Shown here piece after piece: positions 60,201 through 64,000 of a DNA stretch of 64,000 nt. The first letter of the stretch is position 1. Every line of letters begins with the position of its first letter. This DNA is from Mesotaenium endlicherianum (taxonomy: Eukaryota). A model generated the notes under the pieces. The model made no database searches, was not told the origin of the DNA, and saw only the letters and a program-made list of their open reading frames with translations. The stretch covers positions 643,473 to 707,472 of the forward strand of contig WELA01003517.1 of assembly GCA_009602735.1 (NCBI GenBank), written 5' to 3'. A program made the translations under genes and the position numbers.

Positions 60201-62475
60201 GGCAAGATTCGTGCCTTTCGCAGGCACCACACAGCGTCATCTTTCGAGAATGCCGTGCTTAGTCACAAGGCTTAGCTGCATGTCGCTTCTGCCTAGCCAT
60301 GCTCAACTCAAACTCGTAGTCACTTAGCATGCATGCACACCTCGTGACTGTCGCGCGTGGCTGCTTAGCTTCTCAGCTGGCAGTCACGCCTAATTGGCTC
60401 ATGGCTAAGAACTCCTGAGCGGCGTGTACAAGCAAATGCCACTTGCTCAAGATTCCCAACCGGGCGGCCGTAGCCTATCTTGGTATTGCGGCCATGACCT
60501 GGTTTAATCTGCCGGTCACACAGTACCTGACCTGGTACCTGCTGGGCGGCTCATCTCTGATCCCCAACTTCTAGCCTCACGGCTGTCTATGCTGTCAAAA
60601 CCTCCCCCATTCCTGGGTGTGGGGCACATTGACATTGACCCCTTGCCAGTGGTCTCGACGCCGACATAACCGCTGACTGCGACGTAATCAGTCAAGTGGT
60701 CGGTGAGTCAACGTTGACTTTTCGTACTTGGATGGCCGTAGCTTGCGCTGCGCGTGCGACACCGTCAAACGGATAGTAGTTGCGACAATGGTGCCTGCGG
60801 GCATGCATGCGTGGAGAGACAGGCCGCAGAGGCCCCTCTCCTCAAAGTGAAGTGCTAATGATAAATATATACCGCTAGACATCCTCGATTCGGTAGCACC
60901 TCCTTTCGACGAACAATTCCCCCAATCGAGTAGTTTACGCACTGCACTAGGTAGAGGCTGGCCAACCCACTCCACAAGCTCGGAGTGCCTCCCGTTAATT
61001 AGGACCCCGTTCTCACACGCCGTAGGGAATCCGATCTAGGACCCCGCTCCGACTACGAGACCACGTCGCCTTAGCCCGGAGACCACGTCGCCTTAGCCCT
61101 AAAATTCGATGTAGGTCCGAGACGTTAGCTATCATCCTCACCCTGTCTTATCAATATGTATGAGCATTTCACGTGTTGTGCTTCTTGCTGTGTGTGGATG
61201 CATTGAGTGGGCTTTAGTGCTCCAAGGAACAGTTGCCTGCATGTCACATCATGCCGTCGCACAATGGCGGTGCCGCCCAACTACGTTTGAGGTGTTTCTG
61301 GGTTCGAATCCCGGGGCTGATATAAGTACAGCCATGAGTCATTTGCGTCTCTTTCCCTCTCCGTAGATGTTGCTTGATAGATGCTTTTTAAGAGTAGTGT
61401 TCTTTGTTTATGCTATTATTGTGGCTATCGAACAACTCATCGCAACCCACTTACACACGTGCATGTAGTTGCATGATTGCTCTTTCACTTACAAGATAAA
61501 GCACTGGTATAATTGATCTCCCTTCCTAAATTGCCGTTTAAGCAAGAGTGGCCACGGAAATTAATATAGTGATAGTCAAAATGTGCTTCTTCGGAAAACA
61601 CTGTTAAAGCAGAATAATTCTTTAGTGTGACAAAGAAGTAATTTCTCACGTACACTTGAAGGCTGAAAGGGATTAATGCTTAGTTGTTTCTATCAAACTT
61701 TGTGCCAGAACTTTGTTAGATTGGTCAGTTGCATACACCAGCTTCTTCTTGGTCTACTGTATTTACAAGCTACTAGTGGAACGCTACACCCACAACCCCT
61801 CTCCGCCAATGCAACAAAACATAGGGCTAAGGCTAGCCTGGAAGCAGCTGCTACAAAGAGGCCTGGCACTCGTCACCGCTCTCTCCAGCGTGGCTGGCCC
61901 ACGCAACACATGGGCAGAAGGGCTCTCATTGATCAAGTTCGACCCTTCGGCCACTCACAGTCTTTTTGTTTAGCTAAGTACATAGAAGTCCTGCGGCCGG
62001 GGCATGCAGGCTAACTTTGTACAGACAACTGTCTGCATGCTACACTCATATGCGGTTCAGCAGAATGGCAAATTTTTACATTAAATGTGCTACTTCGCAT
62101 CTTACGGAGGCCTTTTCCAAGCTTTAATGATCACAACCTGTGTACTCCCCACTCACGGTACTCCTCTTGCAGTCAGTCCAATCTCTGCTGGTTCATCATT
62201 TCGTAGTCTCAGACACTAATTTGCAGGCTTTCACACTTGTGTACCATTCAGAGCATGTGTTATCAACATTTACACTCCAACTAATCTGCAGTTTTGTGCA
62301 ATAATTGTGATGATTGGACCGCCTCATATTGTCTATGGCACCTACCTGTACATAGGAAACTCGTGCATGTACCATGTTAATCTACCATTGGGACTCTCAT
62401 ACACTACACAAACCTCACGCGATTATTCCCACATGTGTGATATAGGACACTAATCCGCGTCTCTGCAAGCTGCGC

Positions 62476-63999
62476 CTACCACCTATTGGGATACGCCTCC
62501 CGGTACTGACGGTCTTCGTCCCTGTTGATCTGGGCAACAGTCGCGTCCTTCACCTTCACATTCAGCAGCTTCTTGGCAACCCTGTCTTTTGCGGTCGGCT
62601 TCTTCTTCAGCATGGCCGACAAGCTGGTGCCCTGCTGGCCCCGCCGGCTCCTTCGCCCCCCCGCAGCTGCAGCTGCCTCGCCCCCTTCCCCGCCGTCGAT
62701 GCCGAGCATCTCCTCAAAGCCCTGGGCCGTGCCCGCAAGCGCGGAGCCTCTCAGGACGGCATCATTGTGCTCCCTCACTTCGCGCGCTCTCTGCCGCGAG
62801 GCCCCCCCGCCGCGCTGCCTCTTTCTCCGGGCCGCCTCCTCGTCCTCCCCCGCCCTCCGCCGCACGTTTGCCACTGCCTGCTTGGCAGCGCGTGCAAGCA
62901 CTTCCTCCACGCTCTCCCCCTCGCAGCCAGTACCACGCGCCTCGCCCACGGCGCTCTTCTCGTGCTCGGTGTGCACTATGCCGCTGCCGCCTGGCCTGCT
63001 GGGAGCAGCCCCCCTTGCTGTTGCTGCAGCCCTGCGAGTGCTTGAGCTTGGCTGAGCTTCTACAGGCTGGCCCTTGGCGTCCCTGGGGACTATGGGGCCG
63101 TGCATGGGGCACTTGCGCAAGTCTCGGCGCTGGCAGAAGCCTCCGCTCTTGAGGGGAGCCCCGCAGGGCTGCCCCGGGTGCGTGCTGAGGGGCTGGTAGT
63201 AGCTGGCCTGCATGTGCATGTCGCGCACCATGTCAGCCGGCATGCACGCGTCGTGGTCCACCCTCCCCCAGTGGTTGTCCACCAGCAGCCCGCGTGCGTT
63301 GACTGGCACATGCTCTTCTGCGCCCCAGTGGTCCAGGTGGGCTCCCCACGCGACAGCTGGCGCCTCCTGCATCAGCTTCTGCTTGAGCGCATCCGCCTCG
63401 GAGGCTTGCCCGCTGCTACGGCCAGGACCGCTTTCCCCTCCGCTGCCAGCTGGCGCAGCGCCTTGCCCTCGCTCCTCTCTCCCCCTGCCGCCGCCGTCCG
63501 CAGGCGTCGCATCTTCCAATGCCACATTAGCTCCGCCTGCTTCCACATCCAGCTCCCAAGCCTCTGCCAGGTCAGCACCGCCGCCAACGCCACCTGACTC
63601 GCCCAGAAGCGGTCCGCTTTCCCACTCGACATCCTCCATGGCGGCGTCGAGCTCGTCCTCCCCTCTGGAGCCACCCCCCCCAGGTCCCTCCTCCTCCGAA
63701 AGTGGGGGGAGGAGGCCCAGATCCTGGCACCTGGCGCACATGCGCTGCATCTCGTTCCGCAGGTCAATCACCTCCTTGAGCAGCGTGTCGCGCTCGGCCC
63801 TCTCGCTTTGCGGCGGCTCTGCGCGCGCGAGCACGTGCAGCCACTCCAGGACCGCAGGCAGGTGGCGCAGCACCAGCGGCCGGTGCAGCTCGCGCAGGCT
63901 CTCCAGCACCGCCGGATTTTCCGCCACTTCCCGCCCGGCCGCCTCCGCCGCCTCCGCCTGCCTCTCCGCCTCCCTCAGGCCCCTCAGCCCATACTCCTC
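62476..63999 (-). CDS. UVSSA: UV-stimulated scaffold protein A homologue, final exon (gene continues beyond the window)
   Basis: APAVAWGAHLDHWG..NHWGRVD..CGAPLKSGGFCQRRDLRKCPMHGPIVPRD..YREAYPNRW* matches the conserved UVSSA C-terminus as recalled; the frame stays open to the window edge. Confidence 0.9.
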   Translation of the reverse strand, partial: EEYGLRGLREAERQAEAAEAAGREVAENPAVLESLRELHRPLVLRHLPAVLEWLHVLARAEPPQSERAERDTLLKEVIDLRNEMQRMCARCQDLGLLPPLSEEEGPGGGGSRGEDELDAAMEDVEWESGPLLGESGGVGGGADLAEAWELDVEAGGANVALEDATPADGGGRGREERGQGAAPAGSGGESGPGRSSGQASEADALKQKLMQEAPAVAWGAHLDHWGAEEHVPVNARGLLVDNHWGRVDHDACMPADMVRDMHMQASYYQPLSTHPGQPCGAPLKSGGFCQRRDLRKCPMHGPIVPRDAKGQPVEAQPSSSTRRAAATARGAAPSRPGGSGIVHTEHEKSAVGEARGTGCEGESVEEVLARAAKQAVANVRRRAGEDEEAARRKRQRGGGASRQRAREVREHNDAVLRGSALAGTAQGFEEMLGIDGGEGGEAAAAAGGRRSRRGQQGTSLSAMLKKKPTAKDRVAKKLLNVKVKDATVAQINRDEDRQYREAYPNRW

Positions 64000-64000
64000 C

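Noticed and set aside
58901..60520. Possible 1.6-kb solo LTR (TGTGA..TCACA, LTR-like composition)
   Set aside because: The flanks (CTTAC / CAGTA) give no TSD, and there is no second copy, PBS or coding remnant in the window.
20149..63999. DNA-repair gene cluster (LIG4 fragment near UVSSA)
   Set aside because: The LIG4 fragment arrived inside a transposon, so proximity is most simply coincidence.

Overview
Eukaryotic genomic DNA with spliceosomal introns, microsatellites and assembly gaps. Gene similarity points to a streptophyte, probably a charophyte alga (inference). Two host genes converge from the edges: the 3' exons of a GDAP2-like (CRAL-TRIO) gene on + (607-6205) and the last exon of UVSSA on - (62476->64000). 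The ~56 kb between them is mostly nested transposons. (1) A 20.7 kb hAT DNA transposon (19757-40469; 15-bp TIRs, 8-bp TSD) has a decayed spliced transposase. It also carries a convergent 4-exon open frame for the XRCC4-binding region + BRCT2 of DNA ligase IV. (2) Inside a transposase intron lies a 10.5 kb Ty3/Gypsy-like element (26525-36997) encoding a C5 cytosine methyltransferase and a PHD-finger integrase. It has split direct repeats (X-ORFs-Y-GC-X-Y) instead of paired LTRs, a palindromic internal attachment junction and a Tf1-like self-priming site. (3) A chromovirus with an extra ~558-aa ORF (41071-49898). (4) An apparently intact chromovirus (51141-57815). All protein identifications are by motif recognition from memory; no database search was run.
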